The position numbers were made by a program, and so were the translations under genes. 64,000 nucleotides of DNA, taken from the NCBI GenBank assembly GCA_963664395.2, contig OY761159.2, forward strand, positions 4,352,001 through 4,416,000, given 5' to 3'. Numbering within the stretch: the stretch's first letter is position 1; every line of letters begins with the position of its first letter. Origin of the DNA: Candidatus Binatia bacterium. GTDB taxonomy: Bacteria; Desulfobacterota; Binatia; Bin18. This document shows, piece by piece, positions 38,113 through 47,538 of this stretch. The notes under the pieces are model-generated. The model saw nothing but the letters and a program-made list of their open reading frames with translations, searched no databases and had not been told where the DNA came from.

Positions 38113-39525
38113 ATGGACGATAAAATTATTGAATTTTCCCACCTCCTGCGAGAGAACGGCCTGAAAGTCTCTGCTGCAGAAAACATGGATACCTTTGCCG
38201 CTCTTGGGCTGATTGGGATCCGAGATAAACAGTTACTCAAAGATACGTTACGGGCGACCTTTGTCAAACGCCAAGTGGACATTTCGGTCTATGACGAACT
38301 GTTCGACATGTACTTCACCGGCCTTGGTGAGATCATCAAGGCGGCGGCGGCCGAAACCATGCAGGCGATGGACATGACCGAGGAAGAGTTTCAAGAATTC
38401 CTTGAACAGTTGGAAGCGTCGTTGCAGAACATGGGTGAAGACATGTCGGACTTGGCCCGCGCCTTATTGACTAATAATACCGGGCAGCTTGAGAAGATGC
38501 TTCAAGAAGCGGCTCAACAATCCAACCTGCAAGATATTCAGCGTTCTTTTCAGGAAGGGCAGTTTGCCAATGCGCTCGCCCAGATGATGGGCTTTGGTAA
38601 TATTCAGCAGGAATTGCAGAATCTCAAAGATGCCTTGCAACAGGCTGGCTTGAGTCCGGCACAAATTGAACAATTGTCTCAATATATTGATCGTCGCCTC
38701 CAAGACTTAGCCCATATGATTCGGAGCTATGTCCGAGCTGAGTTGGAGAAAAAGGACTCGGAACTCCGTGATCAGCAAAAGATGCGGAGTTTAGCGGACA
38801 AGAGTTTCTATTATTTATCCGAGGATGAAATCCGGAAAATGAAGGAAGCGGTCACCAAGCTGGCCCAGCGATTGAAACATATTATTGCGATTCGACGCAA
38901 ACGGGGTAAGCGGGGTCGATTGGATTTACAACGGACGCTACGGAAAAATATGCAATACGGCGGGGTACCATTTCACATTATTCTTAATGTGAAAAAGAAA
39001 GAAAAACCGCAAGTCGTCATCCTGTGTGACGTTTCTGACTCGGTCCGGAATGTCTCGCGTTTCATGTTACAGTTTGTCTACTCAGTGCAGGACCTCTATT
39101 CCAAGGTGCGTAGCTTTATTTTCGTGGCGGACATTGGCGACGTGACGAAGCTGTTCGAGGATAATGAGGTCCACCAAGCCATTGATTTGGCCTTACGGGG
39201 TAATTTTATTAATATCTACGCCCACTCGGATTTTGGTCGGGCGTTTAAGACGTTTCACCGGGATTTTCTCTCCATCATCAATAAGCGGACCACGGTACTG
39301 GTGCTTGGCGACGCACGCAATAATTATAATCTGCCGCACGACTGGGTCATTCGGGACTTGCAACAAAAGGCCAAGCAGGTGATTTGGCTGAACCCCGAAA
39401 GCCGGTTGACGTGGGGATTTGGAGATAGCGAAATGGACCGCTATGCGCCACACTGTGATCTGGTTGAAGAGTGTCGTAACCTCAATCAGCTTTACCGGGT
39501 GATTGATCACTTGGTGACCGCGTAG
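38113..39525 (+). CDS. VWA domain protein (CoxE-like)
   Basis: CDVSDSV MIDAS motif, LGDARNN, WLNPE, GDSEM. Confidence 0.93.
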   Translation: MDDKIIEFSHLLRENGLKVSAAENMDTFAALGLIGIRDKQLLKDTLRATFVKRQVDISVYDELFDMYFTGLGEIIKAAAAETMQAMDMTEEEFQEFLEQLEASLQNMGEDMSDLARALLTNNTGQLEKMLQEAAQQSNLQDIQRSFQEGQFANALAQMMGFGNIQQELQNLKDALQQAGLSPAQIEQLSQYIDRRLQDLAHMIRSYVRAELEKKDSELRDQQKMRSLADKSFYYLSEDEIRKMKEAVTKLAQRLKHIIAIRRKRGKRGRLDLQRTLRKNMQYGGVPFHIILNVKKKEKPQVVILCDVSDSVRNVSRFMLQFVYSVQDLYSKVRSFIFVADIGDVTKLFEDNEVHQAIDLALRGNFINIYAHSDFGRAFKTFHRDFLSIINKRTTVLVLGDARNNYNLPHDWVIRDLQQKAKQVIWLNPESRLTWGFGDSEMDRYAPHCDLVEECRNLNQLYRVIDHLVTA

Positions 39526-39594
39526 CGGTACGCCGGTTGGCAATCTGCCTTGAGGCTGCTAGCCTTTACTTGATCTCACGCGAATGGAGGCGGA

Positions 39595-40113
39595 ATGGAC
39601 CGCGAGGGTTTTATTGAAATGAAAGTCGGCGGGTTGACGCTTGACCCGGTGACCAAGACCCCAATAGTCATCCTGAAAGATGCTGAGAACAAGCTCAACC
39701 TGCCCATTTGGATTGGCCTGATGGAAGCGACCTCAATGGCGACCGAGCTGGAAGGGATCAAAATGGCACGGCCCATGACACATGATCTTCTCCACAATAT
39801 GATAGAAGAAGTAGGTGGTAGGGTTGAGGCTATTGAGGTGACGGATCTGCAGGACAACACGTATTATGCCGCGATTCGCATCAAGGTGGGGGAACGAGAC
39901 ATCTTGGTTGACTCCCGACCGAGTGATGCTATCTCACTCGCCCTTCGGACGAAGAGCCCAATCTTTGTTGCGGCCAAGGTGCTTGAATCGTCGAGTGTGT
40001 TACAACAGATGGAAGAAAATGAGGAGGAGGCCGATTTGTCGAGCGTCTCCCGAGATAAATGGGCAGATATCCTAGAGAAGATGTCCCCGGACGACTTTAA
40101 ATACAAGATGTAG
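39595..40113 (+). CDS. Bifunctional nuclease family protein (DUF151)
   Basis: LPIWIGLMEA, RPMTHDL, DSRPSDAISLA. Confidence 0.93.
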   Translation: MDREGFIEMKVGGLTLDPVTKTPIVILKDAENKLNLPIWIGLMEATSMATELEGIKMARPMTHDLLHNMIEEVGGRVEAIEVTDLQDNTYYAAIRIKVGERDILVDSRPSDAISLALRTKSPIFVAAKVLESSSVLQQMEENEEEADLSSVSRDKWADILEKMSPDDFKYKM

Positions 40114-40149
40114 TCTCTCTCTAGAGACACGTCGCACTCGGTACGGTCT

Positions 40150-40806
40150 ATGGCTGGTAGTCGTAAACAAGAGCTGTCTTCATCCTCATACCCCTCAGCA
40201 AGATTGATCGCATGGTTTCGGCAGCGATGGGAGGTTATCAAGCACTATAAACAGCAGCTTGCTGTTTATAGTGCCGCTGTCATCGTATGCGCGATATCTG
40301 GCATGTCATGGGCAGCCTGGACGGACTATCGTAATAGTCAAGGGCTTGCGCATTTTCGAGCTGGCTTACTCGCTATAGAATCGGAAGAGTATCCTTTGGC
40401 TATCGCGGAATTAACACACGCAGAAGATGTGCTTGGCGGCGAGAGTAGGGGGCTAGCGGCTTTGCACTTAGGGGAAGCGTTTGAGAAGAACAAGCAGTCG
40501 TCTGAGGCGAAGGCCGCGTACGAGCGAGCAGCCATGTCACATGATGCTGGATCGTATTTGAAACAAATTGCGCTATTACGTTTGGGTCAAGGCGCAGAGG
40601 AAGCTGAGGAACTCGCTACCGCGGCGCAGTGGTATGGTGAAGCTTCTCTATTAGATGGGCCAAGCAAGAGTGAAGCACTTCTTGCCCTCGGAGAAGCGTT
40701 AGAGCGAGAGGGGGGTGCAACAGTTCCCCAAGCTTATCTCGACTTGTTGGAATACTTCCCGGACTCTCCACTTGCCGATGTTGTACGTGCCAAGACAGGG
40801 AAGTGA
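40150..40806 (+). CDS. Membrane-anchored TPR protein (YfgM-like)
   Basis: One TM helix, then helical repeats ending in YFPDSP. Confidence 0.75.
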   Translation: MAGSRKQELSSSSYPSARLIAWFRQRWEVIKHYKQQLAVYSAAVIVCAISGMSWAAWTDYRNSQGLAHFRAGLLAIESEEYPLAIAELTHAEDVLGGESRGLAALHLGEAFEKNKQSSEAKAAYERAAMSHDAGSYLKQIALLRLGQGAEEAEELATAAQWYGEASLLDGPSKSEALLALGEALEREGGATVPQAYLDLLEYFPDSPLADVVRAKTGK

Positions 40807-40824
40807 TTTTTTATTATATATTTT

Positions 40825-40852
40825 ATGTCTGATAATATATATTTTGTTAAAT
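40825..40852 (+). other. dif: Probable chromosomal dif (XerCD) site
   Basis: ATGTCTGATAA-TATATA-TTTTGTTAAAT; right arm 10/11 to E. coli TTATGTTAAAT; KOPS orientation appears to flip here. Confidence 0.7.
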
Positions 40853-41025
40853 AATAAACTAGTGTTTCACGGATGTACGGTTTTTCAGGCTGATATAGCC
40901 TAGATAGTCGTCCGTGAATTGACCGCACAATCCGATCTGTGACAAACCCTAGAAGGTGTCTTTGCCCGTTTGTCTAATAACCGCTACTCGGACTTTACTG
41001 ATCCAGCAGTCCGCTGGCCGATAAA

Positions 41026-41150
41026 TTTCTTTACTCTCGTGTCCTCGCCGACAACTAGCGCAGTTTTCAGAGTGGCGTAGCGAGAGATGATAAGCACAGT
41101 GCTGGGGGGAAGCCCTGGAGGGCTGACCGAAGGGTCTCCTCGGGTGCTTA
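41026..41150. ncRNA. Candidate structured RNA (strand unknown)
   Basis: TAAGCAC/GTGCTTA closing stem encloses AGCCC-TGGA-GGGCT and GACC-GAAG-GGTC hairpins; adjacent CTCTCG/CGAGAG stem; GC-rich patch between AT-rich flanks. Confidence 0.35.
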
Positions 41151-41236
41151 CTACGGTGTAATCTGCTCATGGAACTTTTGTATCTGGGTGTGCCCTTCAC
41201 TGGTTATATTGCGAGGAATCAAGATAGTCCAAGTAT

Positions 41237-41367
41237 ATAGTAGACTATAGTCAAGAACATTATTTCCAATAAAATGTATATCATTATACAAATCATTTCT
41301 AGCGGGTCCAAAGGTTTATATATTCACATTTTATCTGGTATATTCGTTCTTGACTATAGTCTACTAT
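41237..41367. repeat. Perfect 22-bp inverted repeat around an 87-bp AT-rich spacer
   Basis: ATAGTAGACTATAGTCAAGAAC (41237-41258) and GTTCTTGACTATAGTCTACTAT (41346-41367). Confidence 0.9.
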
Positions 41368-41377
41368 TTTATAGGTT

Positions 41378-41406
41378 AAAAAAGGAGCCTCAAAACGAGG
41401 CTCCTT
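41378..41406 (-). terminator. Rho-independent terminator of the cytochrome operon
   Basis: AAGGAGCCTC-GTTTT-GAGGCTCCTT followed by a T run on the minus strand. Confidence 0.85.
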
Positions 41407-41424
41407 AACCATTCTATACCCAAT

Positions 41425-42147
41425 TCACGACTGCGATAGCTCTACAGCTACACTTGCTTCGCCACCAGATTCAACGGTGACCTTTTGCATCGTTTCACCC
41501 AGAGTCTCATGCCATATCTTAAGCTCATACTCACCAACTGGAACGTCTGTCATGCTAAACGCGCCGGCCTCATCAGTTACGGCATAATATGGATGGTCCA
41601 TAACAATAATCCAGCCCTTCATCCAGCCATGAGTATCACACTCGACTCGAACGACCTCAGGCTTCTCAAATTTCTTTTTGAGCTTTTTCTTAAATTTGGG
41701 CTGGGCCTGGTTAAAAGCCGCGTTCGCTTCACTATAGGTGTGTATATTGTGCAGAATGCCGTCGTTATTCAGGATCTCCAGGTCTGCTCCTGCCTGAGTC
41801 AGGACGATATGCGGCGTATACACGCAGTCTTTTTGATCTAGGGCCATTGCATCGCCAAAATCTTTCCCACTGGAAATATTCGCAATGGAGACAACCGTAT
41901 TTTTTATTCCCTTGTTATCACCAACAACGAGACTTTCATCATACTTCTGCAGCTTGGCACAAACCTTTGCATCTTTGGTTGCTTCAATAGGCGCAGCTTC
42001 AGGAGCATCTCCAGCAAAAGTAATTGTCCCACTAATGCTACCACCATTGCTGACAGCGCCGACATCGTAACCAAGGGCGACAGAAGCCAAAGGCAGACTC
42101 GCTCCTACTATGAGGGCGATCAAAGTCTTTCCATTCATAATACGCAT
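41425..42147 (-). CDS. Exported cupredoxin-like / carboxypeptidase-regulatory-like domain protein
   Basis: Signal peptide; LDQKDCVYTPH, LHNIH, CDTHGWM, HPYYAVTD, WHE.LG. Confidence 0.85.
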   Translation of the reverse strand: MRIMNGKTLIALIVGASLPLASVALGYDVGAVSNGGSISGTITFAGDAPEAAPIEATKDAKVCAKLQKYDESLVVGDNKGIKNTVVSIANISSGKDFGDAMALDQKDCVYTPHIVLTQAGADLEILNNDGILHNIHTYSEANAAFNQAQPKFKKKLKKKFEKPEVVRVECDTHGWMKGWIIVMDHPYYAVTDEAGAFSMTDVPVGEYELKIWHETLGETMQKVTVESGGEASVAVELSQS

Positions 42148-42185
42148 TCTTCCTCCTCCTCAGAGATGAACTATTTATATAGTCC

Positions 42186-44960
42186 TTACATATTTGTTTC
42201 GGCCGCTTCGGACTCTATTTCTTCGTCAGAAAGGGAGTTCAACTCTTCCATTCCAGCCACAGGATGAGCCGATTCATTGACTGCTGGACCTATCGTGCTC
42301 GCCCCTTTCCCGTTCACACCCGCAAACGGATTATCGATCCCGAGCAGCATGATGTAGTCACGCATGGCAAGGATTTGTTTGTCCTCGTCTCCGTCAAAGA
42401 TGTCGTCCGGGCCACCAGGGTAAAAAGTCGGCATATTCGTTCCTGGCATAAGTGCCTGTGGGTCTTTAATCCACTCAACGATCCAGTCCGGATTAAGCCG
42501 CTCTTTTGCCATACCGAGGTCAGGAGCCCAGCCGTCAGGCGGTCCTTCAGGCTTTTGATCGCCTTGTTGATGACAGGAGAAGCAGGAAAAATAATCGTTG
42601 GACATCAACATGTCACCAGCATGAACCATCTCAGGCGATGTTGCTGAGCGGTCAAAGTAGTTATATGGAATCTCCAGCTTACTTAACGCCTTGAAATAGT
42701 CGACTATACTGCTGGCCTCGTCATTTGCGAAATGAAAGGTCGGCATCCGCAGTTCTAACCATGGACGGATAGGAATAGGTTGCTTGAGAAAGCCATAGAA
42801 CCACTCAGGCTGCACTTTCTTCCCTTCGCCATTCAGGATGGGCGGAGCAAAGGAAGGATTGTCCAAATAGAGCGAGCGGATATCTCCACCGCCGCCTTCA
42901 ATAACGTGACAGCCCGTACAATTGTAGTACTGGACGAGACGCTGACCTTTGACAAGGTCTTCAGTCCAGTCACTGTGCGCAGTGTAGGCATGTGGCACAT
43001 GATGCCCTGTCCGACTCTTGAGAAAAACACGGACGGATAGAATATCCGCATCAGAGAGATTGAACCACGGCATGAGCTGTTCGATACGTTCCGTTGCATA
43101 GCCGCGTGGTGCATTGACCTTTTCATACGTCCAGTCGTTCCACGTATGCGGTACCTCGGTTCGATTCCCAAAGAAAAGTTCGGCAAGGCTTTTCTCCCCG
43201 AACGAAGTCAGCTCGACACCGATACGCGATTCTTTTTCCATCCCAGGAATGTCGTGGCAGCCGTGGCAGCCGTATTTTCTGACCAAGCCTGCTCCTTCGA
43301 GAACCAAGTCCGGGTCGTCCAGCTCGGCTCGAATGTCCGGGCGCTCCATCTCAGTCTTGAGCGTTAAGAGATAGGACACAATGGCCTGCGCTTCCTCATC
43401 ACTCAGACGCAAATCCGGCATGGCCGTATTCGGCGAGTAGCCACGAGGATTCTTAATCCAATGATACAACCAACGCGGGTTCGTTTTCTCCGCAACACGC
43501 GCTAAATTTGGCGCATGATTTTTGTTCTGCCCGACCATCGTGCCAGCCTGTTCCGCGTTGAATCCGTGGCAGGCTCGACACCCAAGGGAATTGACGAGGC
43601 GCTCGCCCTTTTGGACGAGTTCCGCATTATTCGGATCAATTCCTTCTGGCTCGGCATGGGATTCCAGCCAGGCTTGGCCTTCTTCCCTGCTCGCCTGTAG
43701 CAAATATGCCGTAACAGCTCGGCCTTGGCCTTCGTTGAAGAAAAAGTGGGGCATGCGCGTGTGCGGTCGAAATTCGTGCGGATTCGTGATCCATTCAACC
43801 ATCCAGGCCGGGTCGGATTTTACGGCGACGCGTCGTAGATAGGGACCTATTTTCTTCGCCTCACCATACCCCTCGACCACGTGACAGCCGGTACAGCCGA
43901 GTTGCATAAAGAGTTTTTCGCCACGGGCAATACTCTGACCAATCGAGTGTCTCGTTGCCACCGTCTGCATATCGGCGTGGCAGTTCAGACAATTCGCCTC
44001 AATTTTTGGGCCGAGCAGAAGCGGATGTTCCCAGAACTGCACATATCCATGCGCAATATCCACACTGCTAGTCGCAACCCCCTGACCGTTGTGACACGAG
44101 GTGCAGCCAAAGAGCTCAGGCGGGTGACTCCCCATCAGGAGATCAAATTGAGGGTGCGTTTTATGCGGATTGGGCTGATCTTCAAATCCACGTTTGTCTA
44201 TACCGACATGACAGGATTGACAGCGGTCAACGCGTGAGAGTGAGGTATCGAAATTACTCCGGTCGAACGCCGGTACGACGGCTTGGGTAATGGCTGGGAT
44301 ATTTGGAATGATGAGCCCCTTCACCGGCCGCATGACGTAATTATCGATACGTTGCGCCAGGAAATCCTTTTGTTCGTTCATTCCGCGTAGTGTTTCTCGT
44401 GCTTCAAGCACGCGCGCGTTGATTTCATTAATCTCATTTTCGATGCGGTCACGCTCAGATTGCTCGGTAAGAAAAAAATTTTCGAGTGCGACCGCGTCCG
44501 CTTCAAGCGCATCAAGATGAGCTTTCTCGTCTTTCGTCGAGTGTTCTAATTGGATCGCATGGTCATATTCATACCAGGCAGCCTCGATTTCACTCCGGAC
44601 GACGCGCAGGGCATTCTCCGCATCGTTGGTCCGAATATCCGCAGCGGCAAATACGGCCTGAAGAGAAGCCAGACGCTGGCCCCCCTCCCCGCCGGCGATG
44701 TCAATTTGCGCTGCTGCCAACGCGGCCAGCACTTCCTGATAGGCAGGGTCGGCAGCGAGGCGCTCGTCTTCGGCTTGGATCTCAGCCATCGTCTGGTTAT
44801 ACGCCAGCATCGAAAATTCAGCTTGGTATTTCTTCCATGGGCGCCGCGAAACGGCATCGTCCCAGACGGACCAGATCGATCCAATAAGCAGGAGTCCCAC
44901 TGCAAAGAGAAATACTCCGCTATACGATTTCTTTTCGTCGTCAACTTCTCTACGTGCCAT
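42186..44960 (-). CDS. Membrane-anchored octaheme cytochrome c with a coiled-coil stalk
   Basis: Eight CxxCH motifs (CQSCH, CTSCH, CLNCH, CTGCH, CRACH, CHGCH, CTGCH, CFSCH); N-terminal TM and long helical region. Confidence 0.95.
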   Translation of the reverse strand: MARREVDDEKKSYSGVFLFAVGLLLIGSIWSVWDDAVSRRPWKKYQAEFSMLAYNQTMAEIQAEDERLAADPAYQEVLAALAAAQIDIAGGEGGQRLASLQAVFAAADIRTNDAENALRVVRSEIEAAWYEYDHAIQLEHSTKDEKAHLDALEADAVALENFFLTEQSERDRIENEINEINARVLEARETLRGMNEQKDFLAQRIDNYVMRPVKGLIIPNIPAITQAVVPAFDRSNFDTSLSRVDRCQSCHVGIDKRGFEDQPNPHKTHPQFDLLMGSHPPELFGCTSCHNGQGVATSSVDIAHGYVQFWEHPLLLGPKIEANCLNCHADMQTVATRHSIGQSIARGEKLFMQLGCTGCHVVEGYGEAKKIGPYLRRVAVKSDPAWMVEWITNPHEFRPHTRMPHFFFNEGQGRAVTAYLLQASREEGQAWLESHAEPEGIDPNNAELVQKGERLVNSLGCRACHGFNAEQAGTMVGQNKNHAPNLARVAEKTNPRWLYHWIKNPRGYSPNTAMPDLRLSDEEAQAIVSYLLTLKTEMERPDIRAELDDPDLVLEGAGLVRKYGCHGCHDIPGMEKESRIGVELTSFGEKSLAELFFGNRTEVPHTWNDWTYEKVNAPRGYATERIEQLMPWFNLSDADILSVRVFLKSRTGHHVPHAYTAHSDWTEDLVKGQRLVQYYNCTGCHVIEGGGGDIRSLYLDNPSFAPPILNGEGKKVQPEWFYGFLKQPIPIRPWLELRMPTFHFANDEASSIVDYFKALSKLEIPYNYFDRSATSPEMVHAGDMLMSNDYFSCFSCHQQGDQKPEGPPDGWAPDLGMAKERLNPDWIVEWIKDPQALMPGTNMPTFYPGGPDDIFDGDEDKQILAMRDYIMLLGIDNPFAGVNGKGASTIGPAVNESAHPVAGMEELNSLSDEEIESEAAETNM

Positions 44961-44969
44961 AACAATCCA

Positions 44970-45056
44970 CTATGAGCCGGTTGCTCGCGTCTCAAGGAAG
45001 CGGCCGAGATAGAACACCACCACCCCAATCCCTAGTAGCCATAATTCTTTGCCCAT
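44970..45056 (-). CDS. Unannotated 28-aa single-TM peptide (MGKELWLLGIGVVVFYLGRFLETRATGS)
   Basis: ATG-TAG ORF in the operon orientation; purine-rich upstream; ends 9 bp before the octaheme start. Confidence 0.6.
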   Translation of the reverse strand: MGKELWLLGIGVVVFYLGRFLETRATGS

Positions 45057-45145
45057 GCTCTTTTCTTCAGTCAGACCAACAAGTAACGCGTATCCAACAT
45101 CGGCAATCCCGAATGCCTGAAGGCATTTCGCCAAGTAGAACGCCA

Positions 45146-45943
45146 TCAGACATTAATCCACGGCGTCACTAGAATATACTTCACATTCAGAATATGACGC
45201 AGCAGCATCTTAATGACCACGGCAATCATATTCAGCGTGAGAAATGACGTTAAGAAAAAACGGGCTGCGCCCCAGCGCTGCATGAATGCGCGTCCTTTGA
45301 GCCACACGACCCACCAATACATGGCAACCGTACCAAGCACAAAAAAACCGACAATGAGAGACAGTCCAAACGCAGCAGCCGTCCAGTAGTCCCGGATGCC
45401 AACCAAATAGGGCAAATCTTGGTTGGTCAAGGCCTCGACAAGGTGGGCATCCCACACTTCCCAGGGCCAAAACCAGTTCCAGCCAGGTCCTCTGACAAAT
45501 GTTCCAATAATAATGGTCGAAATCCATAATATATGGAAGCCAAAGATAAACGTCAGGATTTCATACTTGCGTTCCTTAAAGGTGTAATAGCCATTCCCCT
45601 TTGGATTAATATCAATAAAGGGAATAACCATCAGCCCCATAATGATAAAGCTGGGAGCCACAACTCCGGCGTGCCAGGGATCGAAGAAGACCAGGATTTC
45701 TTGCAGCCCAAGGAAATACCACGGTGCTTTGGAAGGGTTAGGCGTACTCCCAGGGTCAGCCGGCTCTTCGAGTGGAGCATCGACCAGGAGCGACCATAAT
45801 AACAGGAAGATAATCACAAAAAGGGTGCATAAGAATTCCGCTCGGACCAAATTTGGCCAGGTATGGACCTTATCGTCTCCGGGGCCGGTCGCTTTTTTGA
45901 GCGGGACTTCGACACGCGTGGCAGCTGAGCCCATTTCCGCCAT
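45146..45943 (-). CDS. Cytochrome b C-terminal subunit (subunit IV/PetD-like)
   Basis: TWPNL, PLEEPADPGSTPNPSKAPWYFLGLQE (APWY in place of PEWY). Confidence 0.9.
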   Translation of the reverse strand: MAEMGSAATRVEVPLKKATGPGDDKVHTWPNLVRAEFLCTLFVIIFLLLWSLLVDAPLEEPADPGSTPNPSKAPWYFLGLQEILVFFDPWHAGVVAPSFIIMGLMVIPFIDINPKGNGYYTFKERKYEILTFIFGFHILWISTIIIGTFVRGPGWNWFWPWEVWDAHLVEALTNQDLPYLVGIRDYWTAAAFGLSLIVGFFVLGTVAMYWWVVWLKGRAFMQRWGAARFFLTSFLTLNMIAVVIKMLLRHILNVKYILVTPWINV

Positions 45944-45957
45944 AACAACCCCCTTTT

Positions 45958-46053
45958 TTACTGGTCTTCAGAAGAAGACACTTTAGGCTTTGCTACCAGG
46001 TACAGCAGCCAGCACACGACCCCTATTAGAATAGGAATGACAAGCACGCGCAT
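45958..46053 (-). CDS. Unannotated 31-aa single-TM peptide (MRVLVIPILIGVVCWLLYLVAKPKVSSSEDQ)
   Basis: GAGG RBS 6 nt before ATG; fills the petB-petD gap almost exactly; hydrophobic helix followed by basic residues. Confidence 0.7.
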   Translation of the reverse strand: MRVLVIPILIGVVCWLLYLVAKPKVSSSEDQ

Positions 46054-46065
46054 AATATACCTCTG

Positions 46066-46839
46066 CTAGAGGGCTGGTCCTGAAAACCCATCACGCCGGA
46101 TACGCCAAAAATGAACCGCCAGAAACAAGCTGGTAACAAGCGGAATAAAGATACAATGGAGAATGTAAAAGCGGAGCAACGTATGGGCACCGATCTCACC
46201 ACCGCCAAAGAGAAAGGCACGCGCATCGTAAATAGGATTGACCCCCAGCACCTCAGCAAACGGCCCCTCGTTTCCAAGCAAGGGAGTTGCCCGCCCCATG
46301 TTTGACCCGACAGACACAGCCCAAATGGCGAGTTGATCCCACGGCAGCAGATAGCCTGTAAATGAGAGCAGCAAAGTCAACACTAAGAGAAGAACGCCCA
46401 CGACCCAATTGAACTCACGCGGTGGCTTATACGAGCCCGTCATGAAAACACGAAACATATGGAGCCACACGGCAATCACCATGCCGTGGGCGGCCCAACG
46501 ATGCATATTCCGCATCAGCATGCCAAACGGCATATCAAATTCAAGATACTTAATGTCGGCGTATGCATATTCCGCTACAGGACGGTAGTAAAACATGAGA
46601 TACACGCCGGTGACTACGGTGACCAGGTACATCAGAAAGGTGATGCCACCCATACACCAGGTGAAACGTAAACGCGTCGCATGCTTGCGGACTTTCGAGG
46701 GATGCAAATGGAGCCAGACATTGCCGGAAACCATTAATATCCGGTTGCGCGGCGTATCTTCGTAGCCGTGGCGAAAAATGGACTGCCAGACCTGCGACTC
46801 CATAACTTGACGTTTGAGTTCATCAAATTGGCTACTCAT
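46066..46839 (-). CDS. petB: Cytochrome b6-type N-terminal subunit
   Basis: WCMGG (heme ci Cys position), RNMHRWAAH, HMFRVF, TGYLLPWDQ, RFYILH..H. Confidence 0.92.
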   Translation of the reverse strand: MSSQFDELKRQVMESQVWQSIFRHGYEDTPRNRILMVSGNVWLHLHPSKVRKHATRLRFTWCMGGITFLMYLVTVVTGVYLMFYYRPVAEYAYADIKYLEFDMPFGMLMRNMHRWAAHGMVIAVWLHMFRVFMTGSYKPPREFNWVVGVLLLVLTLLLSFTGYLLPWDQLAIWAVSVGSNMGRATPLLGNEGPFAEVLGVNPIYDARAFLFGGGEIGAHTLLRFYILHCIFIPLVTSLFLAVHFWRIRRDGFSGPAL

Positions 46840-46877
46840 ACTATTTCCTTGCCTTTACGTCGCCCTTCTACTCACCG

Positions 46878-47480
46878 CTAAATACGTAAAATACTGTCTG
46901 GATGTTGTTTGTTCGGATCAACCCCAGGCTGCATCTTAAAGATTTTGCTCTTATCAACTAGGAGTTGTCCGTCATCGGCCAGCGACAGCTTAAATCGATC
47001 CATTGGACGTGGAGCTGGGCCTTCGAAATTATAGCCCGTGCGATAGTAGCCACTCCCATGACAGGGACATTTATATTTACTCTCAGTCGCTGACCAAAGC
47101 GGCGTACACCCCAAGTGGGTACATTTTGCAAAGATGGCGTAGAATCCCTGTGGTTCTCGGACGATCCAGGTACGCTGATCTGAGCGGTATTTCTCACTCA
47201 CCTCGCCAACAGGATAATCACCTGGAAAGCCAGCCTTAAAGGTCAACGGCGGAACGAAAAGAACGCGAGGGAAGGCAGAACGGACAAAGGCGAGCAGACT
47301 CACGAGAGAAACCAGACCGAAGCCGCCCCAGCTGAGGCGGCCGAAGAAATCACGCCGTGACCACAGGCCCCCTCTTTGAGCACGTTCACGGAGTCGTTTC
47401 TCACGCTCGGCCCGTTGCTCAACGCGACGGCGCTCTTCGTACTCTTGGATTTCTTCAGGAGAGGTTGGTTTTTTTGCCAT
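46878..47480 (-). CDS. petC: Rieske 2Fe-2S protein
   Basis: SRRDFF Tat-like motif, CTHLGC, CPCHGS, GPAPRP. Confidence 0.93.
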   Translation of the reverse strand: MAKKPTSPEEIQEYEERRRVEQRAEREKRLRERAQRGGLWSRRDFFGRLSWGGFGLVSLVSLLAFVRSAFPRVLFVPPLTFKAGFPGDYPVGEVSEKYRSDQRTWIVREPQGFYAIFAKCTHLGCTPLWSATESKYKCPCHGSGYYRTGYNFEGPAPRPMDRFKLSLADDGQLLVDKSKIFKMQPGVDPNKQHPDSILRI

Positions 47481-47538
47481 GGGGCTTACTCCTTATTGAT
47501 GCTGCACCACAGAGATCTTTGGCCCGTACATATGCTTT

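Noticed and set aside
37067-39525. Aerobic CO dehydrogenase cluster
   Set aside because: Only CoxD/E-like accessory genes are present; no coxLMS in the window.
40930-40980. c-di-GMP-I riboswitch (GGGCAAA on the minus strand)
   Set aside because: No GAAA-loop stem or GCAAAG downstream, and no downstream co-oriented gene.
40949-41200. 83-aa minus-strand ORF
   Set aside because: No recognisable motif or convincing RBS; the RNA-like stems explain the region better.
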